Positions 1 to 14,695 of a stretch of 64,000 bases of DNA are shown here, in pieces (positions within the stretch are counted from its first letter, which is position 1; every line of letters starts with the position of its first letter). The DNA is taken from the NCBI RefSeq assembly GCF_006345805.1, contig NC_043008.1:51460001-51524000 (forward strand). The letters are read 5' to 3'. Source of the stretch: Octopus sinensis (lineage: Eukaryota). The position numbers were made by a program, and so were the translations under genes. The notes below the pieces were generated by a model. It worked only from the letters and a program-made list of their open reading frames with translations. It had not been told where the DNA came from and did no database searches.

Positions 1-120
1 GTTGTTCCAGTCCCCAGCAGAGTGGCGTCATTTGAAGGCTAAAACAATGCAAAGCACATTGTGACCAGCGATGTGTAACAACATTTGATAGCCAGGTCGG
101 TCACGTGATCACGAGATGTG
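1..120 (+). mobile_element. 3' tail of an interspersed repeat (probably SINE), truncated by the window edge
   Basis: Ends ...gcacattgtgaccagcgatgtgtaacaacatttgatagccaggtcggtcacgtgatcacg and runs into (CA)n; recognised as a common octopus-type repeat tail from memory only. Confidence 0.4.
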
Positions 121-278
121 AATGCAACACACACACACACACACACATATATATGTGAATATATGCATATATGTGTACATACATATATGTATGAATGAAT
201 GACACACAGACACACATTGTAACTCTGATGCGAAACAGAAAGAAAAATTGAGTGTTGGACTGTGAGAGAGCGAAAGAG

Positions 279-322
<44 letters not shown>

Positions 323-1285
323 TGTGAGAAGAGAAAGATTGCGTGTGTGTGTATGTATGTATGTGTGCACATGTAACTGTGTGTGTCTGTGTATGTGTGT
401 GTATGCAAGTGTGTGTGAAAGAAAAAGAGAGACCGAGTTGCTATTTAAAGAATGAACAAAGGTGGTTGGGAGAAGACAGCTACATAATATCGAACTATTG
501 AACTGTTCATTAAATGATTGGTCCAATCAACAACAACAGCAACAACAAAACAAGAAACAAGTTTTTTTTTTTGTTAAACAAAGAATAATCTAGCGAGTTT
601 TAATAAATTGAAATTTTGAGTGTTGGGCGTGGGTGGGGAGGTGGATGGTACGTTAAATGGGTGGAGATTGTCTGTCAGAAATTGGTGTTATTTATTATGT
701 ATCATCATCACGATCATCGTCATTGTCATCAGCAATGTCATCATCATAATCGTCATCGTCATCATCATCATCATCAGAGATATCGATATGCGATTGCTGT
801 AATGATTCTTCAGTCAAAAGAAATAAATGCGTGGAAATGTGTGTGTATGTATATATGTATGTAGATGTACATGTATGTATGCGTGTATAAATGTATGTAT
901 GTATGTATGTATATATATATATATATAAATATTTAATATATCTATATAACAAATAATAAATACATATGTGCATATGGTATATTTGACTATGATATATGTT
1001 ATATATATATATATATATATGCATATATTAAACACACACATACGCACACGTATATATTTATAAAATAAAATGAATTTTAAAAATTTTCTTAGTATAAATC
1101 AATGAAAATAAAATTATCACCTTCCCCAAAGATATATATGTATGTACACACATATATAGACATGTATATAAAATAAAAACTATTTTAGTCTTGTATGCAT
1201 GTATGTATGTACGTAAGTATGTGTGTATGTATGTATGTAAGTATGTGTGTGTGTATGTATGTGTGTATGTATGTATGTATTTATG

Positions 1286-1316
<31 letters not shown>

Positions 1317-1722
1317 GTATGTATGTATGTATGTGTATTGCATATTTGGTGATGAAACGGACCCACATTAGAAAATAAATTAGTTAGCATCGTTATAGTC
1401 ATCTGTAATTAACTATATTTGTTATTAATTTCTAACTTCTAACGCTTTCTGAAAATTAACGACCATTCAGTGTCTGCTTAACTGAACATTAAGAGAACAC
1501 TCCGGCAAAAAACGAAAAGGCCAAAACCAAAAAGAAAAAGAAAGAAAAAAAACCCCATGAAAATTATAAAACTTATTTTACAATTTTTGGAAGATATTAA
1601 AGCTGTAGTAAAAACTATGAAAGTTTCGTGAGTAGTATATATTGAAGTTGTGTAATTTTATACGATTCTACGCCTACATGTTCAGTGGTAGGAATGCTAC
1701 CATCGTAGAGCACCACATTCAA

Positions 1723-1765
<43 letters not shown>

Positions 1766-1890
1766 TGTGTGTGTCTTTGACGGCCTATGAACTTCTTACC
1801 TGACCCTTCACGCGTGTATATATATGTGAAGTATATTTACCATTGTCGTGCAGTTACTGTCCATACCTCGTTCAGAGATTTATTATTGCT

Positions 1891-1961
<71 letters not shown>

Positions 1962-2232
1962 TTAATCAATATATTCAATGAGAATACAATATACTGAAGT
2001 TTTTAATAAGTGCTCTTGGTGGGGAAATGTCTAAAACATTGAAGGTATTTAGGCATAAAATAAGAGCAGGGACAATTACATCAAAAATCATCACAGAAGA
2101 TAATAATATTGTATTAATATTTATACATCTATCTATAATACAATATTATTGTGGACTTATATCTTCTGTGAAGACGTTTTGATGTAATTTTCTTGCATTT
2201 ATAATATAATATAATATAATATAATATATATA

Positions 2233-2286
<54 letters not shown>

Positions 2287-2560
2287 TTTCGTTTTTGGAT
2301 TTGGTTTGCAAGATTCTTTATATGAGTTCGTGTGTTGAAGCATATTCTGTTGTGTCTGGGGAGAGTCATTCTCTTTTAGTACCTTATTATTTAACACACT
2401 CATCGGTAAAATAGTCTATTGAAAAGGTTGTAAGACGCAACGAAAATTTTAGGAAAATAAAAAGACGAAATAAGTGGAAATTTTACCGGTGAGTGTGTTA
2501 AATAATAAGGTACTAAAAGAGAATGACTCTCTCCAGACACAACAGTATATACATACATAT

Positions 2561-2621
<61 letters not shown>

Positions 2622-2622
<1 letters not shown>

Positions 2623-2756
2623 GTTATTCAAAACAGTTTCATTTGGCCCCGTGCGACTTTAAGTTTCGTAGGTTAACTGAGCTCGACTACGTGTTTCTGT
2701 AAGAAGTCTACAAAGCTCTGAGTCGCACGGGCTCCAATCAAACTGTTTTAAATAAT
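2622..2756. mobile_element. Small MITE with ~35-bp terminal inverted repeats
   Basis: ttattcaaaacagtttcatttggccccgtgcgact (left) vs agtcgcacgggctccaatcaaactgttttaaataa (right) are near reverse complements; TA-rich flanks. Confidence 0.7.
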
Positions 2757-2859
2757 AATATATGTAACACCTACTAACTACGTTGATTACCTCTTTCTTA
2801 TATATATATATATAAACCTCCATCGCATCTATCACAATGACATATATAGCTCAAAGTTG

Positions 2860-3040
2860 TACAAAATACAAGAAGCAAAAGGCAGAGACAGGTGAGAGAA
2901 CAAAAGACATGTATTAGTTTGACGTATGAGAAAAATGGAAGAGTCATTGACATTTCGAGCCGACGCACTTCTACAGGAAGAAATGCGCAGAGAAAACAGA
3001 TGGAGAGAGGGAAAAAATTGTCTGGATTAACGGTTGCTCA
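2860..3040 (-). mobile_element. Degenerate Penelope-LTR-like repeat with decayed hammerhead-like motif
   Basis: Minus strand CTGTAGA-A-GTGC-gtcg-GCTC-GAAAT-GTC at 2944-2980, followed by ...aaactaatacatg shared with the copies at 26.3 and 52.0 kb. Confidence 0.55.
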
Positions 3041-3166
3041 AATGCATGCATGTATGTATGCATGTATGTATGCATGCATGTATGCATGTATGTATTTATG
3101 TATGTATGAATCTGTCTGTATGCATGCATGTATGCATGTATGTATTTATGTATGTATGTATCTGTC

Positions 3167-3203
<37 letters not shown>

Positions 3204-3320
3204 GCTGTCTGTCTGTCTCTCTGTTTCTTCGTCTCACTCTGTCTCACAAACTCACCCCTCATTCCCTCCCCTCTCTCTGTCTGTCAATCTCTCTCTCTAT
3301 TTCTCTCTCTCTCTCTCTCT

Positions 3321-3365
<45 letters not shown>

Positions 3366-3371
3366 CATACA

Positions 3372-3594
3372 TACGAGCGGTGTTGAAATATTCCTGGCTT
3401 TAAGGGTATCACGAAAGTCATGGCTGGATGCTCAACCTTCCGAGTTCTTTTAAAAGACTTAGAAAAAACTGAAGGACCGCTGCAATAAGTGTGTGAATCT
3501 GTGAGGGGAATATGTTCAATAAAATCATAATTAACTGACCCTCCTGTGTTTTTTTCCTTTACCCAAAGACAAGAACTTTAAAGCACCCCATCGT
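3372..3594 (+). mobile_element. Mariner-derived MITE
   Basis: TIRs tacgagcggtgttgaaatattcctggcttt / aaagacaagaactttaaagcaccccatcgt; internal cgctgcaataagtgtgtgaatctg..gggaatatgttcaataa resembles the mariner transposase C-terminus (KCV..GEYVE*). Confidence 0.75.
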
Positions 3595-4422
3595 GTGTGT
3601 AAGTATGTATGCATGCAAATGTATGTATATATATGTATGTGTGTGTGTAGACACACGTGTGTTCACACTCCCACTCAAATAAGTTGTGTAAAAAATAGTT
3701 GAAGTGTCTTACACCTAAATTCACAACCTGCAGCCATTGTTTCGATATGAATCTCTATAAATTCTTGTTAATATTCGATAATTAGATCAATATTTTAATT
3801 ATTTAGTTCAGGTATTTGTGTCATTGTGTCTGATTGTTGTAATCGATTTAACTCGAGCGTGATTAATTATAGATATTAGTTAATATTTCACGCCAAATTA
3901 CTTATGACCACAACGACGATAACGATGCTCAAGATGATGATGATGATGATGATTGATGATGATGATGCTTATAATGATGATGATGGCGACGACTATTGTA
4001 TTCAGATGGTTGCTAAATTAGTTGGTCGTAATGAACACATATTGGGAGGGTTTTTAATTGTCAATAATTGCATTGATTACTTTCTTTAATTATAGGTAAA
4101 CCAAAGAACCATTATTAGTATTCTAATCACCATCATCGTCGTCGTTGATATTGCTGTTGTTTTTGTTGTTGTTATTCGATAATTTCAGGCAAATTTCTAT
4201 TGCATCACCTGCCACACTCCCGTGTTCCTCAGCCGTGTACAGCACTGTGTCCTTGATTGTGTTGGTGTTGGTGAAGAAGGGAATCTTCCCGTTTACTGTA
4301 TTACATTAGTCTGTTTTATTATGTTGTTTGGCCTGAATCCTTTGTTGCACCAGTGTTTGTAATGAATGTTGTATGGGTGTAATATGAAGTGTGATATTTT
4401 ATTGGGTATCCATTCTGTCGAG

Positions 4423-4777
4423 CAGTGGCTTTGAACCGGGGTCCGTATGGTCCCTGAAGGCCCACATCAAATTTTTGGGGTGTCCACGCAACAAAATAGT
4501 CAACTGGGGATCCACAACAATATTTTACATGCTTCTAAAAAATGTATGCTTTAGATGCATGTATTGATATGTATTGTAAAAGACACCGAGGTTTCTTTCT
4601 CTAACGTTTTACACAGTTCAACATACACAAGTTAATGTGTGAAAAACAAAATAGGAATTTTGAAAGAAGGTTTTATAAAACTAATTATAAACATTGAATG
4701 GCTTTGGGAATCCACCAGGAATAAAACAGTATTCAAAGGAGTCCGTAGATAAAGATCGTTGAGAACCCAACCCATTG
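4423..4777 (+). mobile_element. Non-autonomous hAT (Charlie-like) MITE
   Basis: Ends cagtggctttgaacc...gttgagaacccaacccattg; degenerate 8-bp TSD ctgtcgag (4415-4422) / ctatagag (4778-4785); related fragments at 5637-5757 (inverted) and 58378-58470. Confidence 0.7.
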
Positions 4778-5636
4778 CTATAGAGTTAATATGGTGACGG
4801 TTGTTTATTTTGTTTATATGCGTATTGTATAGTGTGTCGCGTGTTTCTGAAGTGTTTTATTTCGGTTGTGCTATTGAATTGATAGTGTCTTGTGTAGAAC
4901 GTGGGCTGTTCCTATCAGGCTCATGTTTTGGATAGTGTGTAGTGTTGTGGGCCCATGGATAGCTTCTACACTTTTGTTCATTTGTCTTTTTATTATACTC
5001 ACTGCTTCAATTTAAAGCCAGCACGGGAAGTTAGGACGTTTCGTATACGAATAAGTCTACATAAACACTGAGATCAAAGATAGAAAAATAGGTAATGGGT
5101 CCAAGAAACGTCGTTTCTTTCAGTGCTTGCCCTAAATTCTATTGGGAAGCTTTAGAGGTAACTCAAAAGTGATAGAATCTCAATACTAATATAAAAAGGT
5201 GGGAGACTATTGACTTATACACATTTAATATACTTAGTAGCATATTGTGGATGTTAAACGAGATACAGTGTCCCTACCAGCAATTAAAATGAAACAAAAT
5301 ATTTTGATTGATTGTCACACGCCGATGTCGGGTCAATACTCAGAAACTCGAGTCCGTGTGTATCATAAGTTGAAGACGGGAAGGATGGCTTCCCTTCGCA
5401 AACACTGATAGGGCACAGAAAGTATGTCTAAAGCCAGCTGGAGGAGGTGTCCTCCTGGGGCTACAAACTACAGTAGCATCCACCCTTAGGGTTTAGCCAT
5501 ATTCACATGGCAAATATACGTCACGAAAATATTTTGATTTGTTGACAACATCTGTTGAGCGCGTTATATGTTGACGTTACCTGAGTTATTGTGGTTGTGT
5601 GCTGTTATGAACGAAAGAAGTTTCTACAAATAGAAA

Positions 5637-5757
5637 CTTCTTTCAAAATTCCTATTTTGTTTTTCCCATATTAAATTTTAACTTGTGTAGGCTGAACTGT
5701 GTAAAATGTTAGAGAAAGAAACCTAGCTGTTTTTTGTAACACATACCAATACATACA
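5637..5757 (-). mobile_element. Internal fragment of the same hAT MITE family in opposite orientation
   Basis: cttctttcaaaattcctattttgttttt...gctgaactgtgtaaaatgttagagaaagaaacct is the reverse complement of ~4560-4670. Confidence 0.65.
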
Positions 5758-6455
5758 GTCAAATGACTGTAACAATTAAGAGCAAAAAAAAGAAAGAAAG
5801 TACAGTACTGTTTCTACTTTGCCGCCACCACCATCATATTACAGCCGCCATCGCCGCAACCAGCCCCACCAGCGCAACCACTATCACTACCTCTTCCGCC
5901 GCCATTACCGACACCACATGTACCAGCACCATCACACCACTGTCACCTCCACCAATACCCCTTATATAGGTTTCAAAAAATGCCTTTACTAAATCACTAA
6001 AGGCAGATCTTTATTAATCTTTTCACATTCAGTAATAACTGAACGTCATCATCAGTCACCACAATCCTCATGATCATCAACATCACAATCATCATCGTCG
6101 TCGTCATCACAATCCTCATCATCTTCATCATCACAATCATCATCGTCATCATCGTCATCGTCATCACTATCATCATCATAATCATTATCACCACAATCGT
6201 CATCATCAGTACCATCACTATCATCACTATCAGCTTGAAAGAAATTCGGCTGCTATTTCTACCAGGTCGAGCGACCACGCAAACCCGCCAGCACCACCAT
6301 CACCACCAGCGCCAGCAGCTGCAGCAGCACTAACACGATTAACTACGGTCGGTGGTGGCAGCACGATAGAACTGACGAGCGAAGAGCAAAAATTTTCATT
6401 GATGTGAACGAATCAAATTTAATGAACAACAACAAGGATAATGATAATAATGGTA

Positions 6456-6504
<49 letters not shown>

Positions 6505-7384
6505 CCTTTAAATAATAATAATAATAATGATAGAAGTGGATGCGAAGATTTGAAAGCTTGACGGTTTCCAAAAAAAGCTTCATTTAATCTGACATTATGA
6601 AACTAATTATCTGGTGATGAAACAACAGCTATAATGTCATCATCATCATCATCATCATCATCAAAAACAGCTACAACAACAGCAACAGTACCAATAACGA
6701 GATATTACATTTTCTTTCTTTCTTTTTTTTTTTTTTGTAAAAACCCCAACCTGCTCCAAGAATATTTCTCTCTCCATTTGAAATTTGATTTACGAGTTTT
6801 GAAAATCCGTTTCAGCCAGAAACTTATATATACTTTTTTTTTCCTTCTGGGTATTTTATTTTCTGCGCAGGCATGATGCCACCCCTGTGCCGCCACGTTT
6901 ATAATTCGATTCCATGTAAATCCATCCAACCATTTGTAACAAACGTTCCTCGTGTATTTATGATTACTAAACGACAGAAATATCACACTAAAAATTGAAC
7001 TATTTGCAGATACATGTGCATACACGAAACTAATACAGTTCTGAAGTGATTTATTTGAAGGAATTTTGGTAGGAGAAAAAAAAAAGAAAAAAAGAAAAAG
7101 AAAAAGAAAGCCTAAAAATTAGATGTTTTCCCGCCCACCAAAACTATTACTAACTACACCAAAAATGGACTCTTCCATCTTTCCTACCAAACCCCTTTCT
7201 TACCTGTCTCAGAGATAATGACATCAGGTCAAATATCGTTAAGTTAATGAAATTTTTGAAAAATTAACATATTGTTGCTGCTACTGCTGTTTCTATAGTT
7301 GTTTTGCTGTTGTTGTTGTTGTTACTGCTGCTGTCTTCCTCCTCTTCTTCTTCAGAAAAAGAAAGGAAGAAAGAGTGAGAGAAA

Positions 7385-7550
7385 GTTGTGGTGAAAGAGT
7401 ACAGCGGGGTTCACCCCACCCCCGCCAGAGCCTCGTGGAGCTTAGGTGTTTTTGTTCAATAAAACACTCACAACGCCCGGTTTGGGAATCGAAACCGCGT
7501 TCTTACGATCGCGAGTCCGCCACTCTAACCACTGGGCCATTGCGCCTCCA
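7385..7550 (-). mobile_element. tRNA-headed SINE (CORE-like family), short copy
   Basis: Minus strand gtggaggcgcaatggcccagtggttag...ggtttcgattccc: Pol III A box TGGCCCAGTGG and B box GGTTTCGATTCC, followed by non-tRNA body. Confidence 0.7.
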
Positions 7551-7974
7551 CTACTGCGGCTGTTGTTTGTGTTGCTGTTGACGTTGTTGTTCTATAAACT
7601 TTAAACCAATTATATTGTCGCCTGTATTTCTTTCATCGTCCTTCACTTGTCGAATGGTTGCGTCCTTTCGCCATAAAGGAGTGTAAAGGGGAGTAATAAA
7701 TACCACGAGGCGCTTATGTTCCGCGTATCGATTTATAGGCGATCCCTTCCTGATATACACACATCTATCAGAGGCTTCTGTACGGTTTCTGTGAACATAA
7801 TTTCGTTCAGAATGATTGCTGAAACAAAGGCTGCATTAGAATATAATCACCTAAATCCCGGGGGTGGGATCGAACTCAGAACCATGAGGTTACAAAGTGA
7901 ATCTGTTACCAACACAGTTATCCACGAGTCGATATGTACACACAGATGCTTCTACAGTCATGTTTTCTAACCTC

Positions 7975-8232
7975 GGCACAAGGTCGGAAATTATGAGGGT
8001 GGAAAGAGACAAGTCGAATGCACTGAGTCCAGTATTTGAATGGTACTTAATTTTATCGACCCTGGGAGAATGGATTAAGTCGATCATAGCAATCTCAGCG
8101 CGTAACTGGTATCTATTTAATCAACCCCGAAAGGATGAAAGGCAAAGTCGGCCTCGGCGGAATTTGAACTCAGAACGTAGCAACGGGCAAAATACCGCTA
8201 AGCATTTCGTCCAGTGTTTTTAACGATTCTAA
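7975..8232 (-). mobile_element. tRNA-headed SINE family 1
   Basis: Contains the family core gatgaaaggcaaagtcg(g)cctcggcggaatttgaactcagaacgt found in more than 20 copies in this window. Confidence 0.85.
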
Positions 8233-8243
8233 TAATAACAATG

Positions 8244-8301
<58 letters not shown>

Positions 8302-8399
8302 AGGCCTGAAATTCGGGGGCAGGGGAATAGTCGATTATATCGACCACAATGTTTCACTGGTAATTAATTTATCGACCCGGAAATAATGAAAGCGGATCC

Positions 8400-9178
8400 T
8401 TCCTACACGCGTCAACAACTGCTCGACATAGCTCTACAAGTCAGTAATGCCCGGACACTGGACGAATGCATGCAGGACAGTTTCGTCGGCCTGCGCACAT
8501 CTGGGACAGGTCCATCTGACTGCACTTCCATGTTTGTAGAGCTTGTATCGAACCGGTAGATCTCCCCGGTAGCACTGTAAGGCCAGGGATTTCTGGAAGT
8601 TATACATAGGCCCCGGAAGACATCGTCGTTCTTGCCCGCCACTAATCCAATATAAAACTTCATAATGGAACTTCCACAGACCGTATTGCCCGACTGACAG
8701 AAAGCTGTGAGCGTTTGCCGACACTCCAAGAGCCAAGCGCTCTTTCTTTGTCTACGCTTGATCCAGGACTGTAGCTCCTGCAATGAGACGAGCTGCGGAA
8801 AATCCTGTCTGACAAACGGCGACCACACTCGCTCATCGTTAAGAAAACTTTGACGTCGCAACCTCAGCGTGTGTCAGCGTATCATTAGCCACGGCATGCC
8901 CAGCCCTCCACTCAGCGGCTGTTGACAGCAGATGGCCCGTCTGATGTGTAGAACACGCTCTTTCCACAGAAACTGGAAGAGCAAGCACGCTCCAGCTTGG
9001 TCATCCACGAAGTAGGGCAAGGGACGACGGTTAAGCGGTGGTAGATGACGGAGGCGGTGTACGCATTTGCCACATCCACCCGACCCTTCAAGGACAGCTT
9101 CCGCTCTGCCCATTTCTGTGTGTCATCCTGTGAGTCATCTCCTCCACCAGTTCTTGACCAGCTGGAGGTCCGGGCCTA
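8400..9178 (-). mobile_element. Frameshifted 3' fragment of Tx1/L1-clade LINE ORF2 (post-RT region and CCHC zinc knuckle)
   Basis: Translations WAERKLSLKGRV, FQFLWKERVLHIRRAICCQQPLSGGLGMP and CPRCAQADETVLHAFVQC match L1/Tx1 ORF2 motifs across several frames. Confidence 0.85.
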
Positions 9179-9184
9179 TATAAT

Positions 9185-9191
9185 AATAATA

Positions 9192-9227
<36 letters not shown>

Positions 9228-9440
9228 CAATAATAATCTTTTCTACTATAGGCGTAAGGCCTGAAACTTTTGGAGGATGGAGCGAGTTGATTACATCGAC
9301 CCCAGTACCTATTTTATCGATTCTTAAATGATGAAAGGTAAAGTCGACATCGGCGGAGTTTGATCTCAAAATTTATTACCAGAAGAAATTCAACTACGCA
9401 TTTTGTTCGGCGCGCTAACGATTCTCCCATTTCGCCGCCT
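9185..9440 (-). mobile_element. SINE family 1 copy
   Basis: aaggcctgaaacttttggagg...atcgaccccagtacc...gatgaaaggtaaagtcgacatcggcggagtttgatctca...cggcgcgctaacgattct. Confidence 0.8.
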
Positions 9441-9779
9441 TTAAGAAAGAACTTCTACCTGTTCACTTTACCTACGAGAAATATTAGCCTAATCTCCCTT
9501 AGATTCCGCCCTACTGTCTTTGAAAAAAGTACGTTGAATAATGTGGTTCTGGTTTACTTGCACTGAAGAAAAAACGAGATGGTGATAGTTGGAATGCATT
9601 TGATCGTAGGCCTGCTCCATCAGAAGTGATCTGAAGTTAAACAAGAATATTAATGGAAAACAAGTAAAAATAAGAAAAGAAAAAAAAACATTCAAGAATT
9701 GCCTGATGTTGGCACCTGTTCTGTCTACTGAAGAGGTTTTATTTCAGTACGGCTGTTATGAGGCGAGAGAAAAATTTTG

Positions 9780-10830
<1,051 letters not shown>

Positions 10831-11014
10831 TCTTTTTCTCTCCTTCCCTCATCTTTTTCTTTTATTCTCATCCTCAAGACGTCCTATACTCATGTTGTCC
10901 TTGACTTCCACTCACACTCACGCATCATTGTTTTTCCCTGTAATCTGAGCACAATATTACTGAACAAAAAACAAATGCACACATAAATACATACATACAT
11001 ACATGCATGCATAC

Positions 11015-11074
<60 letters not shown>

Positions 11075-12408
11075 TATACATGTATGTATACGCATTAGTT
11101 TTTCCTCGGTAATTTTGGCAAAATGTTTGTAGCTATTTATTTTTGTGTCAGTGTGTGTGTGTGTGTGTGTGTGTCTGTGTGTAAATGTATTATTATAAGA
11201 ATGTGTTCCTGTGCCTGCGGGTTTGTGTGAATAAGCCTTTCTCTCTTTGTCTCTCCCGTGTTTGATATATGTATATATATATGTATGTATATATAATTGT
11301 ACATACGCAGCGTATCTATTCCTGGCTGTCTCTTGGGAAGCTGAAAGAGTTGATATATATTAGGTAGTCATGTGTGTGATGAGGTGTTAGAATTAAAATC
11401 TTCTTTGTCAGCATATATATATATACATGCATTTGTGTATGCATGTATGTATGTATGTATGTATGTTTGGGCGTATACATGTGCACTTGTAAGTCTGAGT
11501 TTGCGTTTGCGTACAGATGAGTGTGTGGAGAACAAGCTAGATAGACAGCTATAACGAGGCACCAGATAATTATAACAGTACAGGTAGAGCGAGTGAGAGC
11601 GCGCGCGTGAGAGAGAGAGAGAGAGAGAGTGGGGATGGGTGGAGAGTGAAGGAGACAACATAACTCGCATCAGTGTCAGAATTTTCGTTCCAAAAGTCAC
11701 AGAATTTTTTTGGCAAGACTATATAGCCGGTCATAATGTTAACTCTTTAATGCCAAATGTAAGATATTCATCAGCCGTTCAAGATCCCAAATTTTCTTTG
11801 AATAATACACCAAGGTAAACTTAGCATATTGGGATTAACTTTTTATAAATAAACAACCCGGATGTTACCGTCGTCTGCTGAATAACCTTCATCATATTTC
11901 CTGCTGTAATGGACACATTAGAAATAGCAGCTGATTTTTTTTTCAAAATCTTATACAACAGTTTAAAAAGAATTAGGAAGAAGGTATCACAGAGATCAAA
12001 TACTACTGCATCCTCGCAATTAGATATAGGATGGCTGAAGAGTAGAATATCTTTGATCCCAAGTTTGCTGAAGTGTAGGCTGGAATAAAAACCTTATGTG
12101 TTATATATTCGAGTCGATCATAGTCCCTAGTTCATCCTACACTCCACTTCCAACCGGTCTTTCCTTGCCCCTCCTGTCTCTTCTCTTGTCACTGGCCGGT
12201 AAAAATTTTCTTGGTCTTCTTTCGATAGTTTCCGTAGCAAAAAAGTCTTTATGAAAATAGAGAATTTGGGAGAGAAATCGACAGAGTTAGAGAGCAATGC
12301 GGAGAGAAACAGAGAGGAAGGGAAAGCAAGATGTGAAGAGAGAGTGACACAGAAGGGTAGATAGAGGGAGGGAGAGAAAGAAATTCAGAGAGAGAAAAAG
12401 AAATTCAA

Positions 12409-12439
<31 letters not shown>

Positions 12440-12699
12440 AAGAAATTCAGAGAGAGAGAGAGAGGCTAGATGTTAGAGAAGGTTAAATGGAGAAAGAAAG
12501 AGTGAGAGAAAGTAGTGAGTGAGTGTGAAAGGAATCGACTCCTATACTTTATTTTAAAGACCTATGAAAGAGGGAAAAAATAGGTACATGACCTCAGCAC
12601 TGATTTGAACCCAGAACTGGAAGAGAGCCAGAACTAATACAGCAAAAAGCATTTATTCGACGCTCAAACGATTCGTGCCAAATCGCCCACCCACGAACG

Positions 12700-13045
12700 C
12701 CCTTGACGATGATGATGATGATCATGACACGATCGTCGTTGTCGTCATCATCATCATCCTCGTCATCAACATCATCATCATCATCATCATCATCGTCGTC
12801 GTCGTCATCATCATCATCGTCATCGTCATCATCATCCTCTCCTTTTCTTCTTCTTCTCTTCTTCTTCTTCTTCTTCTTCTTCTTCTTCTTCTTCTTCTTC
12901 TTCTTCTTCTTCTAAATATATGGCACCCAACAAATACCTCGTTTTTTTTGCGAGGAATAAAAAAAAAACAAAACAAATCTTATAAAACAAATTTAAAACT
13001 AACTAAACTAAACTAGACTAAACTAAGATAAACTAAATCTAAACA
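12700..13045. repeat. Compound microsatellite (ATC/GTC)n, (TTC)n, (AACTA)n
   Basis: Direct reading; source of the poly-S/I/L/F ORF artefacts. Confidence 0.95.
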
Positions 13046-13772
13046 ATCTCGCCCTCTATTGTTCGAATTTGTCGATTATTTCTTTGTTTATCAGATTCCA
13101 TTCAAAGTTCGTTTACAAATGTCTGACTGCAATATCGTAAATACTGTTATTATTTTCCGCCATGTTTATTATTTCTATCCTTATACTTTGATTCAAGTTT
13201 CAAATGGAATGCATTATTGCTTATTCAATGACTTATAACAGAGACTTCTGCAATAACCTATAACAATGACTTATTCAAACAACTTAAGTATTTACGCCTA
13301 TTATTTTATTTTTATTGTTCTTTCCCGTTTGTAACCTTTTGGTTTTGTCCACGAATATTCTACACAGCTTCGTTGCTTGTGTAATTATTATCACAATTAT
13401 AACCATTATAGTAATTATTACAATAACGATAACTATTCCTATATTTATTGCTATTTTTGTAATTATTTCTGATATTTCGGCAATGAAATTAGTAGAGTTT
13501 AACACTAATTTCATTGGTACATCGTTTATATTTTGCTTGCTTCAGTTATTTGAGTGCAGCCACCCTGGGGCGCCGTCTTGAGTCGAATGAATCGACTGCA
13601 GTACTTTTTTGCTTAAGTCTGATACTTATTCTATCGCCGAAAAGCTAGGTTACAGGAACGTAAACACACCAACACTGGTTGCCAAGCAGTGGTGAGGGAC
13701 AAACACCAGACATAAACATACATACTTACACACACGTACACACACATGCACACACACACACCCATGTATATG

Positions 13773-13957
13773 TAGGCGTATACATGGTTGCGTGGTAAGA
13801 AGCTTGCTTCCAACCACACGGGTTCAGTCCCACTGCTTGGCACCTTGGGAAAGTGTCTTCTACTATAGCCTCGCACCAACCAAATCCTTGCGAGTGGATT
13901 TGGTAGACGGAAACTGAAAGAAGCCTGTCGTTTATATATATATATATATATATATAT

Positions 13958-14002
<45 letters not shown>

Positions 14003-14216
14003 CTGTGCGTGGGCGTGCGCGCGCGCCTTTGTGTCTCTATTTGTCTCCTACAACTGCTTTACAACTGACGTTGGTGTGTTTGCGACATCTTAACGGTTCG
14101 GCAAGAAATACCGATAGAATAAGCACTAGGTCCTGGGGTCAATTCCTTCGACTAAAATTCATCAAATCGGTGTCCCAGGTTCCAGCGTGACCGCAGTCAA
14201 ATGACTGAAACAAGTA
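13773..14216 (+). mobile_element. SINE family 2 (tRNA head, internal (TA)n(TG)n tract), full length
   Basis: Head gcgtggtaagaagcttgcttcc..gggttcagtcccactg, body ccttgggaaagtgtcttctactatagcctc..ggtagacggaaactgaaagaagcc, tail gcagtcaaatgactgaaacaagta; an inverted 3'-half copy lies at ~13540-13740. Confidence 0.85.
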
Positions 14217-14605
14217 GATTTTGCTGCTATTTCTAGCATGCATAACAACCTCATAAAGGCTCTTCCATTAGTCTCAATTCCTCATCGAAATCACAACCTA
14301 CCGTATTAAATCAAGGAGGATACATTAGAACAATTTAGTGTTTGGTGAAACAACATTTCATCAATATTCACAGTCGATCACAGTTGATCTGGTGCAAAAC
14401 AACAACAACAACAGCTTAAGAACAGCAACAACAGTAACAGCCAAAGAACAGTAACAACAACAATAACAACAACAACAGCAGCAACAACAATAGCGGAAAC
14501 GGCAATAAAAACAAAACTTAAAATTCTACCATTCTATCATTTAGAAATTACCAAACTGATATGGAAATGATATTTACAACATTGTCGTATCTCACAGCCA
14601 ACTTT

Positions 14606-14661
<56 letters not shown>

Positions 14662-14695
14662 TAATAATAATTGTTATTGTTATTATTATTATTTA

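Noticed and set aside
3721-3745. tcacaacctgca, resembling the start of miR-67/307-family miRNAs
   Set aside because: The match ends after 12 nt and there is no hairpin context
7470-7550. tRNA-like sequence on the minus strand
   Set aside because: A and B boxes are present but continue into a SINE body; no convincing acceptor stem, so it is a SINE head and not a tRNA gene
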